Part shown: positions 10,471-21,509 of the stretch, in pieces
Position numbering within the stretch: position 1 is the stretch's first letter
Layout of the letters: each line of letters opens with the position of its first letter
Assembly: GCA_937124545.1 (NCBI GenBank)
Contig: CAKZKU010000116.1
Location: 21,336-85,335, forward strand
Length of the DNA stretch: 64,000 nt
Origin: an uncultured Microbacteriaceae bacterium
GTDB lineage: Bacteria; Actinomycetota; Actinomycetes; Actinomycetales; Microbacteriaceae
Reading direction: 5' to 3'
Notes under the pieces: generated by a model
Databases searched by the model: none
The model's input: the letters and a program-made list of their open reading frames with translations, nothing else
Told to the model about the DNA's origin: nothing
Position numbers and translations under genes: made by a program

Positions 10471-11803
10471 TTTCGGCTCCCTCGACCGCGCCGACGCGGA
10501 TCGCGTAAGCCAGGCCTTGCTCTCGCGGGTCAGCGAGAAAGCGCCCGAGCGTCGCCTCCACGCGATCCGGCGGGTGACGGAGCTACTAGGTGACCCCCAG
10601 CGCATGTACGGGGTCATCCACATCGCCGGAACTAACGGGAAAACCTCGACAGCGCGCATTATCGAAAGCCTGCTTCGAGCGCTCGGTTTGCGAACCGGTC
10701 TGATGACGTCGCCTCATCTCAATCGGATGAACGAGAGAATCATGATCGATGGTGAGCCAATCACCGACCGCATGCTCGCCGACAACTTTGAAGATATTGA
10801 ACCGTTTCTCACCATGGTGGATGCGGAGCTGGTGGCCAGCGGCGAAGCGCCGCTCACGTATTTTGAAGCCCTCACCGCCTTGACCTTCGCTGCATTCGCC
10901 GATGCACCGATTGACGTTGCCATTGTCGAGGCAGGCATGGGCGGTGAGTGGGATGCCACCAACGTGGCTGATGCTGACGTTGCCGTGCTGACGCCTATCG
11001 CCCTCGATCACATGGAGTTCCTGGGGGACACCATTGCGGAGATTGCCGCCACGAAATCCGGCATCATCAAGCCGGCATCGCGCGTGGTAAGCGCCCACCA
11101 GCGCGACGATGCGTGGGGCGAAATTACGGCTGTCTGCGAAAAGTATGAAGCAACTTTGCGCGTTTTTGGCCGCGACTTTTCGTTGACGTCTCTTGAGCCA
11201 GGTGTCGGCGGTCAGGTGATCAGCGTCGAGGGAGTTGCCGGTCTCTACTCTTCGCTCGCTCTGCCCCTGCTGGGGGATTATCAAGCAGAAAATGCAGCGC
11301 TAGCCATTGCCGCCGTCGAGTCGTTTGTCCAAAATGGTGAGCAAATGCTCCCGCGTGATGTCGTCGAAGAGGGTATTTCGCTAGCGAGTAGCCCTGGGCG
11401 TCTGCAAAGAGTGTCGGCCAACCCGGCGGTAATTGTTGACGCGGCGCACAACCCGCACGGGGCGGAAGCCCTAACCGGGGCGATCATGACGTCTTTTAGT
11501 TTTGACCGACTGGTGTGCGTGATTGGAATCCTGCAGGAAAAAGATGTTGTCGGAATTGTCGAAGCGCTTGATCCGGTTGTTGATCACTTCGTCGTAACCC
11601 AGTCTCAGTCCGATCGCGCCATCAGCGTTGATGATCTGGCCGACGCGGTTGCCGCAATTGCCGGGCCCGATCGTGTGGATTCTCGACCTAACTCAGAGCA
11701 TGCGCTTTCGCGTGCGGAGGATCTTGCCGGACCCGAGGGCGGTGTCCTCGTGACCGGGTCAATTACCTTGGTGGCGGAAGTCACCGCCTGGAAGGGGCAA
11801 TGA
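10463..11803 (+). CDS. folC: Folylpolyglutamate/dihydrofolate synthase
   Basis: [29 protein letters not shown] and VDAAHNPHG motifs. Confidence 0.95.
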   Translation: MSDFGSLDRADADRVSQALLSRVSEKAPERRLHAIRRVTELLGDPQRMYGVIHIAGTNGKTSTARIIESLLRALGLRTGLMTSPHLNRMNERIMIDGEPITDRMLADNFEDIEPFLTMVDAELVASGEAPLTYFEALTALTFAAFADAPIDVAIVEAGMGGEWDATNVADADVAVLTPIALDHMEFLGDTIAEIAATKSGIIKPASRVVSAHQRDDAWGEITAVCEKYEATLRVFGRDFSLTSLEPGVGGQVISVEGVAGLYSSLALPLLGDYQAENAALAIAAVESFVQNGEQMLPRDVVEEGISLASSPGRLQRVSANPAVIVDAAHNPHGAEALTGAIMTSFSFDRLVCVIGILQEKDVVGIVEALDPVVDHFVVTQSQSDRAISVDDLADAVAAIAGPDRVDSRPNSEHALSRAEDLAGPEGGVLVTGSITLVAEVTAWKGQ

Positions 11804-12159
11804 TGGCGCGCGCACGACGAGAAAAAACGGCAACCGAGTCGCTTCTGCAAATAGCGGTGATGTTGGAAATTGCCGTGGTGTTTTTTGGCGCTTTGGCCCT
11901 TGATGGCCTGAAGCTTTACTCGCCCACGGTGGTGTGGGTGGGCGCTGGTCTCGCGGTGGTGGTGCTGGGCTTGTTGAATCGGCTGCTCCGATACCGCTGG
12001 GGAGTGTGGTTTGGCCACCTGATTCAGATCGCCCTGTTGTTGTCCTTTGTCTGGGATGTAGTGATTGGCTTGTCGGCTGCGGTGGTGGTTGCGTTTTGGA
12101 TTTTTGGCGCCATCCGCGGTCCGCAACTCGATCGACCGCGCGACAACCCCGACCGTTAG
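11800..12159 (+). CDS. Small membrane protein (DUF4233-like)
   Basis: About four hydrophobic segments; lies between folC and ndk, as is usual in actinobacteria. Confidence 0.75.
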   Translation: MMARARREKTATESLLQIAVMLEIAVVFFGALALDGLKLYSPTVVWVGAGLAVVVLGLLNRLLRYRWGVWFGHLIQIALLLSFVWDVVIGLSAAVVVAFWIFGAIRGPQLDRPRDNPDR

Positions 12160-12194
12160 AATTAGCCCAAACCCATCCCAAGGAGCGAATCAGC

Positions 12195-12617
12195 ATGGCC
12201 GGACTAGAAGAAACCCTCGTATTGGTCAAGCCCGATGGGGTTGCGAGAAACCTGACAGGGGAGATCCTCTCCCGCATTGAGGCCAAGGGCTATCAACTGG
12301 TGGATATCCGGATGGTCGAACCCAATCGAGACCTCCTCAGCGCCCACTATGCGGAACACGAGGGCAAACCATTTTTCGATCCGCTCGTGAATTTCATGGA
12401 ATCAGGTCCCGTCGTGGCCATGCGGATCGCGGGGCACGCGGCCATTGCCGGTGTGCGGTCGCTATGCGGTGCAACGGATCCCACCGCGGCGGCACCGGGC
12501 ACTATTCGCGGTGACCTAGGCCGCGACTGGGGGCTTGCAGTCCAGCAAAACCTGATTCACGCGAGCGACTCGCTCGAGTCCTCGAGCCGTGAGCTCGCTC
12601 TCTGGTTTGCCCGCTAG
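12195..12617 (+). CDS. ndk: Nucleoside diphosphate kinase
   Basis: EETLVLVKPDGV, APGTIRGD and NLIHASDS motifs; ATG 12195 after AAGGAG. Confidence 0.96.
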   Translation: MAGLEETLVLVKPDGVARNLTGEILSRIEAKGYQLVDIRMVEPNRDLLSAHYAEHEGKPFFDPLVNFMESGPVVAMRIAGHAAIAGVRSLCGATDPTAAAPGTIRGDLGRDWGLAVQQNLIHASDSLESSSRELALWFAR

Positions 12618-13207
12618 AGCGAAAACAACAGCGGGAAAGTGATCAGGATTGCTATGCCGATAACGGCGTAGTTGATCACAATCACAATCCAGGAATACGG
12701 CAACCAACGAGCGCCGAGTTTGGTGAGCCTGGGTGAAGAGCCAAAGATGCCGTTTTTGAGTGTCCAGGGCAACAGTATCCAGAAGAGTGGAATGTGAATC
12801 GCCCACACCACCATGCAGTACAGGCACAGAAAGCCAATCACGAACACGGCTTGGTAGAACATCCACATTAGCCAGAGGTACGCGGCGAAAATCGCCAGGA
12901 CAACGAGAACCCAGAACGGTTTCTTGAATGTGGCTCCCGCCAACATCGCCGCCCCCACCATCGCCACCGCGACGTAACCAGCAACCCCAAAAAGCTGATT
13001 GGGGGTGTCAAAGAACACTGACGCTTGCGGGCTTTGCATGACGGAACCGCACGAAAAGAAGGGGTTTATATCGCAACTCGGGTTGGTTCCATTCAGCGCT
13101 AACTGGTAGCCCTCACGCGACAGGGTGAAGGCTGCAAACCACGCGCCGATCCCGCTGAGCAGCAGGTAGAGCGCCATAGCTCCTGAGCGTCGCGTCGGAT
13201 AGTTCAT
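12614..13207 (-). CDS. Vitamin K epoxide reductase (VKOR) family disulfide-bond protein
   Basis: Loop cysteines SCDINPFFSCGSV, active-site CLYC, several TM helices; probable leaderless ATG at 13207. Confidence 0.9.
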   Translation of the reverse strand: MNYPTRRSGAMALYLLLSGIGAWFAAFTLSREGYQLALNGTNPSCDINPFFSCGSVMQSPQASVFFDTPNQLFGVAGYVAVAMVGAAMLAGATFKKPFWVLVVLAIFAAYLWLMWMFYQAVFVIGFLCLYCMVVWAIHIPLFWILLPWTLKNGIFGSSPRLTKLGARWLPYSWIVIVINYAVIGIAILITFPLLFSL

Positions 13208-13438
13208 GTCGCAATTATGACAGTTCACTAGCTGGCAAAGACCGTGTGTGCGATACTGGAGCAAGAGCAACCCCACGCGGTGGAGTAGCTCGACAAGATT
13301 TCTCGAATCAGCGATTCGAATACCGGGGATAACCCCACAACAACCAGTTTTTTCAGGAGAACCTTATGGTTTCTCTTGCCAAAGCGTGATGGAGTTCCGG
13401 CCAGTGATGCCAGGAATTGCGTAAGGAGTGCACCAGGA

Positions 13439-15457
13439 ATGGTGACGAAAAAAGAAGAATCAACACCCTCGAAGACATCTACTGCAAGCAAAAAAACAGC
13501 GGCGAAGTCCACGGACACCGCAAAAAAGTCTCCGGTAAAGAAGCCCACACCCGCAGACAAAAAGGCCTCATCAGCCGCGCCGAAAGCGAGTGCGAAGAAG
13601 TCTTCCGAAGTTCCCCAGGCTGTGTCGACCAAGTCCCTGATTTTCCAGGCGCCCGATCCCGCCCTCTTGCCTGCCCCGGCGAAGTCCTCACCCGAACCCT
13701 CCGGGGAGGGAACCGTTCGCCGGCGCTCACGGGCAAATCGACCCACCCTCAGTCCCGAGGAGAAAAAAGCTAAGGCGGCCGCTGAAGCCGCCGCTCCAAA
13801 GAAAGTTCGGGGCTCCACTCGTTTGGAGGCAAAACGTCAGCGGCGCCGAGATGGTCGCGATGGCGGACGTCGCCGTCAGAGTGTCACTGAGTCGGAATTC
13901 TTAGCGCGCCGGGAAAGCGTAGACCGTGTCATGGTGGTTCGCGAACGCGCCGACCGCACGCAAATCGCTGTGCTGGAAGACAACGTTGTTGTCGAGCACT
14001 ATGTCGCCAGAGCCGAAGAGTCCAGCCTGATCGGCAACGTTTACCTCGGGCGCGTGCAAAACGTTTTGCCCAGCATGGAGGCGGCCTTCGTTGATATTGG
14101 TCGCGGCCGCAACGCGGTGTTGTACTCCGGCGAAGTCGATTGGGAAGCGGCGCGAGAGGGAGACACCTCGGGCCCGCGACGTATCGAACTGGCCCTGAAA
14201 ACCGGCGACAGTGTGCTGGTCCAGGTAACCAAGGACCCGGTGGGCCATAAGGGTGCCCGGTTGACGAGCCAGGTTAGTTTGCCTGGTCGTTACCTCGTCT
14301 ACGTTCCGGGCGGAGCGATGAACGGAATTTCGCGCAAGCTACCGGACACCGAACGCTCCCGCTTGAAGGCGATTTTGAAAAAAATTCTCCCCGAAACTGC
14401 GGGCGTCATCGTGCGCACGGCGGCGGAGGGTGCAAGCGAGGAACAACTTACGACGGACGTCGAGCGCCTGCAAAAACAGTGGGAAGCGCTCAGCACTCAA
14501 GCGGAAAAAGCACAAGCTCCCGAGCTGTTGCACTCTGAGCCTGACCTCCTGGTCAAAATCATTCGCGACGTGTTCAATGAAGATTTCCATAAGTTGGTCA
14601 TCTCAGGAACTCACGCTCACCGCACCATTGAGCAGTACCTCTCGTCGGTTGCCCCCGACCTGATCGCCCGGATCGAGGCGTACGCGCCGGAAGAAGACCC
14701 CTTTGTGGAGTACCGCGTGGGTGAAGGAATCGCCAAAGCGCTCGATCGCAAGGTGTGGTTGCCCAGCGGCGGATCTCTCGTCATCGATCGCACCGAGGCC
14801 ATGACGGTGGTTGATGTCAACACCGGAAAGTTTGTGGGCAGCGGCGGCAACCTCGAAGAAACGGTCACCAAGAACAACATTGAGGCCGCTGAGGAAATTG
14901 TCCGGCAGCTGCGACTGCGAGACATCGGTGGAATCATCGTGATCGACTTCATCGACATGGTGTTGGAGTCCAACCGAGACCTCGTTGTGCAGCGGTTGAT
15001 GGAGTGTCTGGGCCGGGATCGCACCAAGCACCAGGTGGCCGAAGTCACGAGTTTGGGCCTTGTCCAAATGACACGGAAGAAACTTGGTTTGGGCCTGCTG
15101 GAAACATTCAGTGAAGCCTGTGAGGCGTGTCAAGGGCGAGGCGTGGTCGTCCACGGCGAACCCGTGGCGAAGAGCAAGTCAGAGTCGAGCCCCAGGAAAA
15201 GGAAGGGTTCGGCAAAAAGCACTCCCACTGTCGAGCCCCACCAGATCACCGATGGCGCGAGAGATGCGATCGCAGCCATTGCTAAGAGCACAGTGCACTC
15301 AGAAACTCCCGCGGAGCCAAAATCTGACGCCGCTGTCGAGCCGCCAGAAGTGGCGGCAGCGGGCGCGAAGGACCCCCTTAACAGCGTGCTGGAGGCTCTA
15401 CCGGAGGCTCCAGCGCCAGGTCAGTCCAAGCGGCGACGTAGAGCCACGAGCCGCTGA
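13439..15457 (+). CDS. rne: Ribonuclease E/G family
   Basis: GNVYLGRVQNVLPSMEAAFVDIG (S1), DVNTGK, LRDIGGIIVIDFIDM and CEAC zinc link; low-complexity ends; ATG after AAGGAG. Confidence 0.95.
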   Translation: MVTKKEESTPSKTSTASKKTAAKSTDTAKKSPVKKPTPADKKASSAAPKASAKKSSEVPQAVSTKSLIFQAPDPALLPAPAKSSPEPSGEGTVRRRSRANRPTLSPEEKKAKAAAEAAAPKKVRGSTRLEAKRQRRRDGRDGGRRRQSVTESEFLARRESVDRVMVVRERADRTQIAVLEDNVVVEHYVARAEESSLIGNVYLGRVQNVLPSMEAAFVDIGRGRNAVLYSGEVDWEAAREGDTSGPRRIELALKTGDSVLVQVTKDPVGHKGARLTSQVSLPGRYLVYVPGGAMNGISRKLPDTERSRLKAILKKILPETAGVIVRTAAEGASEEQLTTDVERLQKQWEALSTQAEKAQAPELLHSEPDLLVKIIRDVFNEDFHKLVISGTHAHRTIEQYLSSVAPDLIARIEAYAPEEDPFVEYRVGEGIAKALDRKVWLPSGGSLVIDRTEAMTVVDVNTGKFVGSGGNLEETVTKNNIEAAEEIVRQLRLRDIGGIIVIDFIDMVLESNRDLVVQRLMECLGRDRTKHQVAEVTSLGLVQMTRKKLGLGLLETFSEACEACQGRGVVVHGEPVAKSKSESSPRKRKGSAKSTPTVEPHQITDGARDAIAAIAKSTVHSETPAEPKSDAAVEPPEVAAAGAKDPLNSVLEALPEAPAPGQSKRRRRATSR

Positions 15458-15463
15458 GACTGT

Positions 15464-15493
15464 CTACCCGAGGTTCGGAGCAAACCCGGGTAG
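15464..15493 (+). terminator. Hairpin after rne (possible terminator)
   Basis: CTACCCG-a-GGTT...AACC-CGGGTAG stem, no U tract. Confidence 0.45.
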
Positions 15494-15603
15494 GTCCTGT
15501 GGTTGTACCCGGCCTAACAATGGTCTATTCTTATCCCTTGGTGCAGTTTTCCCCCAATTGACGGGGCACCCTCGTTCTCTCCAGTAACAAGGCAGGTTTC
15601 ATC

Positions 15604-15918
15604 GTGGTTTATGCGGTTGTTCGCGCAGGCGGACGTCAAGAAAAGGTCGAGGTTGGCTCGATCATTACGGTCGACCGCATTGCCGGTGATGCCAAGAACT
15701 CGGTGAGCCTTGCTCCCGTGCTCTTTGTTGATGGTGCAACAGTCACCCACGATAAAAAAGAGCTCGACAAAGTGACGGTGACCGCTGAAGTCGTCTCCGA
15801 CCTTCGTGGCCCCAAAATCGTTATCCAGAAATACAAGAACAAGACCGGTTACAAGAAGCGTCAAGGTTTCCGTGCGGAACTTACGAAGCTCAAAGTAACC
15901 GGCATCACCAAGAAGTAA
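15604..15918 (+). CDS. rplU: 50S ribosomal protein L21
   Basis: [15 protein letters not shown]...[13 protein letters not shown]. Confidence 0.97.
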   Translation: MVYAVVRAGGRQEKVEVGSIITVDRIAGDAKNSVSLAPVLFVDGATVTHDKKELDKVTVTAEVVSDLRGPKIVIQKYKNKTGYKKRQGFRAELTKLKVTGITKK

Positions 15919-15928
15919 GAGGGAACTC

Positions 15929-16186
15929 ATGGCACATAAAAAAGGTGCGTCCTCGACCAGAAACGGTCGCGACTCTAACGCTCAGTACCTCGGTGTGAAG
16001 CGCTTCGGTGGTCAGGTTGTCAAGGCCGGCGAAATCCTCGTTCGCCAGCGTGGAACCCACTTCCACCCCGGTGCCAACGTCGGTCGCGGAAACGACGACA
16101 CACTCTTCGCTCTTGCCGCGGGTCAGGTCGAGTTCGGCTCTAAAGGTGGACGCAAAGTCGTCGCCGTTGTGGATGCCGCGCTCTAG
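15929..16186 (+). CDS. rpmA: 50S ribosomal protein L27
   Basis: [24 protein letters not shown]. Confidence 0.98.
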   Translation: MAHKKGASSTRNGRDSNAQYLGVKRFGGQVVKAGEILVRQRGTHFHPGANVGRGNDDTLFALAAGQVEFGSKGGRKVVAVVDAAL

Positions 16187-16209
16187 ACCACACCACACGA
16201 TGTGATGCG

Positions 16210-16233
16210 AGGGCGAGCTTCGGCTCGCCCTTT
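16210..16233 (+). terminator. Intrinsic terminator-like hairpin
   Basis: AGGGCGAGC-TTCG-GCTCGCCCT followed by a short T run. Confidence 0.75.
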
Positions 16234-16272
16234 GCTCTTCTAGGGGACAATACAGAACGAAGAGAGGGTGTC

Positions 16273-17781
16273 ATGACGACGTTCGTCGACAGTGTCGTAT
16301 TGCACCTCCACGCCGGACACGGCGGTCACGGGTGTGTTTCGGTACACCGCGAAAAGTTCAAACCCCTCGGCGGCCCCGATGGCGGCAATGGCGGACACGG
16401 TGGTGACATCGTGCTGGTCTCCGACCCACAAGTCACTACCTTGCTGGATTACCACCATCGTCCGCATCGCACGAGTGACAACGGGGCGCCCGGGGCGGGT
16501 GACTCTCGCCACGGCAAAAGCGCGGCGGATGTCACGCTTCCCGTTCCGGTGGGAACGGTGGTCTCCAGTGACGATGGCACAGTGCTCGTGGATATGGATC
16601 GCCCCGGTATGAGCGTTGTCGTGGCCACGGGTGGTCGTGGCGGGTTGGGCAACGAGGCGCTCGCGAGCACGGCGCGAAAAGCACCGGGTTTTGCCCTGTT
16701 GGGAACCCACGGTTTTGAGGGTGACATTCATCTGGAGCTAAAAACCGTGGCCGACGTGGCATTGGTGGGTTTCCCCAGCGCGGGGAAGTCGAGTCTCATT
16801 GCTGCTGTCTCCAAGGCGCGTCCCAAGATTGCCGACTATCCGTTCACGACACTTCACCCGAACTTAGGCGTGGTGGAAGCGGGCGGAACAAAGTTCACGG
16901 TGGCTGATGTCCCGGGTCTGATTCCCGGCGCCAGCGAGGGTAAAGGTTTGGGTCTTGAATTTCTGCGCCACGTAGAGCGGTGCAGTCTTCTGGTTCACGT
17001 ACTTGACTGCGCCACACTCGAGCCCGGACGAGATCCACTGAGCGATCTCGACGCGTTGCTGTTCGAGTTGGAGAACTACCCTCTGGATAGCGACGTTGTG
17101 CCACTGGTCGAACGGCCACAACTCGTCGTCCTCAATAAGGTTGATGTTCCCGATGCCAAAGAGCTCGCGGCCATCGTTACGCCCGACATTGAAGCTCGCG
17201 GGCTGAGCGTTTTTCCGGTCAGCGCTGTGAGTGCCGAAGGGCTTGATGCTTTCCTTTTTGAAGCCGCCGCCATGGTGAACAGGCACAGAGCTGCGCTCGC
17301 AGAAGCGGCTCTAGCACCAGAGCGCATTGTCGTTCGCCCTCGCGCGGTAAACGAACCAGATTTCCGCGTTGTGGTGGAGGGTGGAACCGAAGGTTCCCTG
17401 TACCGAATTTTGGGAGAGAAGCCAGAGCGCTGGGTTGAGCAGACAGATTTCACGAACGACGAAGCCGTTGGTTACCTCGCCGATCGCTTGATGAAGCTGG
17501 GCATCGATGATGCATTGTTTGACAGTGGAGCAACCCCCGGATGTCCCGTCATGATTGGTGCGGGCAAAGGTCAGGTCTTCGACTGGGAGCCCACCCTCTC
17601 CAGTGCCGCAGAGCTCATGACAGCACCTCGAGGAACTGACCCACGCTTGGACGAGAGACAACGCGCGACCCGCTCGCAGAGAAAAGCCAGCTACCACGAG
17701 CGCATGGACGCAAAAGCGCGGGCGCGCCAGGAACTGCAAGACGAGAAGGAAGCGGGGTTCTTTGACGATGACGACTCGTGA
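16273..17781 (+). CDS. obgE: GTPase ObgE/CgtA
   Basis: Gly-rich [33 protein letters not shown] and NKVD motifs. Confidence 0.96.
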   Translation: MTTFVDSVVLHLHAGHGGHGCVSVHREKFKPLGGPDGGNGGHGGDIVLVSDPQVTTLLDYHHRPHRTSDNGAPGAGDSRHGKSAADVTLPVPVGTVVSSDDGTVLVDMDRPGMSVVVATGGRGGLGNEALASTARKAPGFALLGTHGFEGDIHLELKTVADVALVGFPSAGKSSLIAAVSKARPKIADYPFTTLHPNLGVVEAGGTKFTVADVPGLIPGASEGKGLGLEFLRHVERCSLLVHVLDCATLEPGRDPLSDLDALLFELENYPLDSDVVPLVERPQLVVLNKVDVPDAKELAAIVTPDIEARGLSVFPVSAVSAEGLDAFLFEAAAMVNRHRAALAEAALAPERIVVRPRAVNEPDFRVVVEGGTEGSLYRILGEKPERWVEQTDFTNDEAVGYLADRLMKLGIDDALFDSGATPGCPVMIGAGKGQVFDWEPTLSSAAELMTAPRGTDPRLDERQRATRSQRKASYHERMDAKARARQELQDEKEAGFFDDDDS

Positions 17782-18547
17782 TCTGCTCGCCAGTGCCTCG
17801 CGCATTGTGGTCAAGGTGGGCTCCTCCTCGATTAGTGGCGAACGCGAGCACCAAATGGCCGGCCTCGTCGACGCTCTTGCTACCTGGCACGCTGCGGGCA
17901 AAGAGTTGGTGCTGGTGTCCTCCGGCGCCATCGCCACTGGGGCTCCCTATTTGAAACTCAGCGACCGTGCTCAGGATCTGGCTACCCAACAGGCTGCGGC
18001 AGCTGTGGGACAAAACCTCCTGATGGGTCGCTACCAAAAACTTTTGGATCGCCACCAGATGACGTCTGCGCAGGTGCTGCTGACCGTGGGCGACGTAGAA
18101 AATGACACCCATCGCACCAACGCACTAAGAACCATGGATCGTCTCCTGGGTTTGCGCATACTCCCCATCGTCAATGAAAACGACACTGTGGCCACGCAGG
18201 AAATCCGTTTTGGTGACAATGACAGACTGGCCGCTCTGGTGGCAGATTTTATTTCCGCCGACGCTCTCGTCTTGCTCAGCGATGTTGAGTCACTTTTTTC
18301 CCATCCGCCCGGGGACCCCAGAGCGGTGAGGATCGACACGGTGGCTTTCAACGATCCGCTGGAGCACGTTGAACTAGGCCCGGCAATGGTCAACAGTGTG
18401 GGAACTGGGGGAGCGGTGACGAAAGTGAGTGCCGCCCGTCTCGCGGCAACCGCGGGAATCCCTACTCTCCTCACTGCCACAAAATCACTAGGTGACGTTG
18501 TGGCAGGCACTGTCGCGGGCACCTGGTTTGAAGCCGGCCTAAAATAG
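17768..18547 (+). CDS. proB: Glutamate 5-kinase (no C-terminal PUA domain)
   Basis: [30 protein letters not shown] and GTGG motifs. Confidence 0.94.
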   Translation: MTTRDLLASASRIVVKVGSSSISGEREHQMAGLVDALATWHAAGKELVLVSSGAIATGAPYLKLSDRAQDLATQQAAAAVGQNLLMGRYQKLLDRHQMTSAQVLLTVGDVENDTHRTNALRTMDRLLGLRILPIVNENDTVATQEIRFGDNDRLAALVADFISADALVLLSDVESLFSHPPGDPRAVRIDTVAFNDPLEHVELGPAMVNSVGTGGAVTKVSAARLAATAGIPTLLTATKSLGDVVAGTVAGTWFEAGLK

Positions 18548-18551
18548 CGCC

Positions 18552-19814
18552 ATGGGTGAGTCTGCAAGCACAACAGCAGAGTCGATGCTCCGCGATGCGA
18601 AAGAGGCGGCACGAGTTCTGTCGGTGGCGAGTGCTGCTCGCAGAGACGACGCGCTGAAGGCGATGGCAGAAATCCTCGGCCAGAATGTCGCGGAGATTGT
18701 CGCAGCGAATGGTGAGGATCTCGCCCGCGGTGTCGCCGAGGGAATGTCAGAAGGTCTGCAAGATCGCCTCCGCCTCACCCCCGAGCGAATTTCCGCTCTC
18801 TCCCAGGCGATCGAGGACATCCGTGCACTTGCGGATCCGGTGGGAGATGTGGTGCGTGGAATGACGCTCCCGAACGGGCTTAAAGTGAGTCAGGTCCGGG
18901 TGCCGTTTGGCGTGGTGGGGGCGATTTATGAAGCCAGGCCGAATGTGACTATCGATATTGCCGCCTTAGGAATTAAGAGCGGCAACGTGGTGGTGTTGCG
19001 CGGGGGCTCGCAGGCGCACGCTACCAATACCGTTTTGGTGTCGTTGCTTCGGGAAGCTCTGGTTCGGTCAGGGCTCCCGGCTGATGCGGTCACATCGGTC
19101 GATGATTTTGGCCGTGAGGGCGCGAAAGCCATGATGCAGGGTCGCGGGTTAATTGATGTGTTGATCCCCCGAGGTTCCGCCGCGCTCATTGACACGGTTG
19201 TTCGGGAATCCACGGTTCCGGTAATTGAGACCGGGTCTGGAGTGGTGCATATCTTTGTGGATTCCAGTGCCGAGCTCACTCAAGCGGTGGACATCATTGA
19301 GAACGCGAAAGTCCAGAGACCCAGTGTGTGCAATGCCGTAGAGACAGTGTTGGTTCACAGCGCAGTTGCGGCAGAGCTGCTGCCCCCGCTGGCGGAGCGA
19401 CTGGAACACTCTGGTGTGGTCATTCATGGCGATGAGCGCGTGTGCGGGATTGTTCCTTCATCGATTGCTGCAACGAAAGAGGACTGGTCCGAGGAGTACT
19501 TGTCGCTGGAGTTAGCGATCGCAGTCGTAGATTCCCTCGACGAAGCGCTCCAGCACATTGGCCAGTACTCGACTCACCACACCGACGCAATCTTGACAGC
19601 AGATATGGCCCACGCTGAGCGCTTCCTCAACGAGGTGGACTCTGCGTCGGTGATCGTGAACGCCTCGACCAGGTTCACCGATGGTGGTGAGTTCGGTTTC
19701 GGCGCCGAGGTGGGGATCTCCACCCAGAAACTCCACGCTCGGGGGCCGATGGGTTTGCCGGAGTTGACCAGTACAAAGTGGATTGTTCGCGGCCAGGGCC
19801 AGGTCCGGGCGTAG
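18552..19814 (+). CDS. proA: Gamma-glutamyl phosphate reductase
   Basis: IYEARPNVT, SVCNAVET, NASTRFTDGGEFGFGAEVGISTQKLHARGPMGL. Confidence 0.96.
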   Translation: MGESASTTAESMLRDAKEAARVLSVASAARRDDALKAMAEILGQNVAEIVAANGEDLARGVAEGMSEGLQDRLRLTPERISALSQAIEDIRALADPVGDVVRGMTLPNGLKVSQVRVPFGVVGAIYEARPNVTIDIAALGIKSGNVVVLRGGSQAHATNTVLVSLLREALVRSGLPADAVTSVDDFGREGAKAMMQGRGLIDVLIPRGSAALIDTVVRESTVPVIETGSGVVHIFVDSSAELTQAVDIIENAKVQRPSVCNAVETVLVHSAVAAELLPPLAERLEHSGVVIHGDERVCGIVPSSIAATKEDWSEEYLSLELAIAVVDSLDEALQHIGQYSTHHTDAILTADMAHAERFLNEVDSASVIVNASTRFTDGGEFGFGAEVGISTQKLHARGPMGLPELTSTKWIVRGQGQVRA

Positions 19815-19864
19815 TTCAGGCAAACCCGGTAGATTAGGGTTCGCAGAAGGAAAGGTGAGCATCC

Positions 19865-20047
19865 ATGCTTGAAGCGGTACTTGCGTCTGGTGAAATAGTC
19901 AACGAACTGATTTTCCCACCGATCTTTTTTGCCCTGATTGCCTTGGGCGCCTTCGGGGCCCTCGCGATTGTGGTCTACAGCTATCGCGATGTCGCTAACC
20001 GCCACCGCCACAAGACGATGGGCCAGTCAGAACAGGCCCACCACTAG
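19865..20047 (+). CDS. Small single-TM membrane protein
   Basis: 60 aa, SD GGAAAGG, TM helix followed by SYRDVANRH; fills the gap before nadD. Confidence 0.75.
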   Translation: MLEAVLASGEIVNELIFPPIFFALIALGAFGALAIVVYSYRDVANRHRHKTMGQSEQAHH

Positions 20048-20053
20048 GACTTT

Positions 20054-20653
20054 ATGGCAGTCGCACACCGCCCGCGGATTGGGATTATGGGCGGTACGTT
20101 CGACCCCATTCACCACGGTCACCTTGTCGCTGCGAGCGAAGCACAAGTAGCACTGAATTTGGACGAGGTGGTCTTCGTTCCCACCGGTCAACCTGCCGAT
20201 AAGCCCTCGGTATCTCGGGCGGAGCACCGGTACCTTATGGCCGTCATCGCGACGGCATCGAATCCACGCTTTCGGGTGAGCCGCGTAGACATTGACAGGC
20301 CGGGTACCACCTACACGGTAGATACCCTGCGCGATATTCGAGAAGAGTTCCCCGATGCCGAATTGTTCTTTATCTCGGGGGCGGACGCGATCGCTGCTTT
20401 GATCGGCTGGAAGGACTCCCAAGACTTAGCTTCCCTCGCTCATTTTGTGGGGGTTTCGCGCCCAGGACATGAACTGAGCACTGGTTCCCTGCCGGATGAA
20501 CGGGTGACGGTGCTCGAGGTTCCCGCTCTGGCCATATCCTCAACCGATTGCCGCTCTCGCGTCAAAGAAGGCAACTCAGTCTGGTATCTCGTGCCCGATG
20601 GGGTTGTGCAGTACATCGCCAAACACAACTTGTATCGGGGGCAGCGTGATTAA
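20054..20653 (+). CDS. nadD: Nicotinate-nucleotide adenylyltransferase
   Basis: [15 protein letters not shown] and ISSTDCR motifs. Confidence 0.96.
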   Translation: MAVAHRPRIGIMGGTFDPIHHGHLVAASEAQVALNLDEVVFVPTGQPADKPSVSRAEHRYLMAVIATASNPRFRVSRVDIDRPGTTYTVDTLRDIREEFPDAELFFISGADAIAALIGWKDSQDLASLAHFVGVSRPGHELSTGSLPDERVTVLEVPALAISSTDCRSRVKEGNSVWYLVPDGVVQYIAKHNLYRGQRD

Positions 20654-21509
20654 TCCCGAGACGGGGCAACCCTTCACCCGGCGCGAGCTCCGCGAGCTCG
20701 AAAAGAGTCGGGTGAGGGCGGCGGAGAACGCGGAGGCCTCCCCAACGGTGCCTCGGGCCCCGGAGCAGCCCGCAGCTCAAGGTCCCGCGGAAACGGTGGA
20801 AGCCACCGCGCCATCGACGGATTCTAATGTGCCACAGTTCTGGCCGGAAGCTCCAGTGCTTACCCGTCGTCAGCGCAGGGAGCTCGAGCAGGCTGGGAAA
20901 GCGACTGCCGACGAGGCGCCCGAACCGGTCGAACCCTCGTTCGTGGATGGTCGCGATGAGGTAACGCGCGAGCTGGCTGATCTCCAGGAGCCCATTGCTC
21001 CTTCCGTGGCTCCCGAAGAGGAGCCCCTCCCACCCGTGTTCGCGCCGGTCATCGAGACCCCTCCGAAGTCACCGGAAACGCCTTCAGCGGGGCTCGCTCG
21101 CGGACCTGGAGACCCCCTTCGTGTGACTAGCTCGCTGATATTGCCGACGGCGCCGGGCGCTGACCTCACGGGACCACTCGGAACTACCGGCGAAATTATT
21201 GTGACGGGGAATATTCGCTTGCCCTCACAGCTCGCCGTCCAGGGCACGGCACCGTATCGTCTCGATACCGATGCCGATGCCGATGATGAAGTCCTCGATG
21301 CTTATGTGACCGGGGAAATTGGTGCTCTTTCGCAACCGGTGAGCGCGCGCCACGCCGTCTCTGGACGGAGTAAAGACAGCGAGATTCTCTCTATCAAGAA
21401 AACTCGCTGGGGGACCGGCACCGTTGTCACGCTCTTGGTTCTTGGAACCCTCACTCTTGCGGCCGTTGGGCTTGTTATCTTGTCGGTCACCACCGGGGTG
21501 TTGCTCTAA
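20646..21509 (+). CDS. Hypothetical Pro/Glu-rich protein with C-terminal TM anchor
   Basis: Fills the nadD-rsfS gap; probable GTG 20646 overlapping the nadD end; hydrophobic C-terminus. Confidence 0.75.
   Translation: MINPETGQPFTRRELRELEKSRVRAAENAEASPTVPRAPEQPAAQGPAETVEATAPSTDSNVPQFWPEAPVLTRRQRRELEQAGKATADEAPEPVEPSFVDGRDEVTRELADLQEPIAPSVAPEEEPLPPVFAPVIETPPKSPETPSAGLARGPGDPLRVTSSLILPTAPGADLTGPLGTTGEIIVTGNIRLPSQLAVQGTAPYRLDTDADADDEVLDAYVTGEIGALSQPVSARHAVSGRSKDSEILSIKKTRWGTGTVVTLLVLGTLTLAAVGLVILSVTTGVLL

Noticed and set aside
20682..20699. 9-bp tandem repeat CGCGAGCTC x2
   Set aside because: Only encodes REL-REL in a helix; too short for a repeat array
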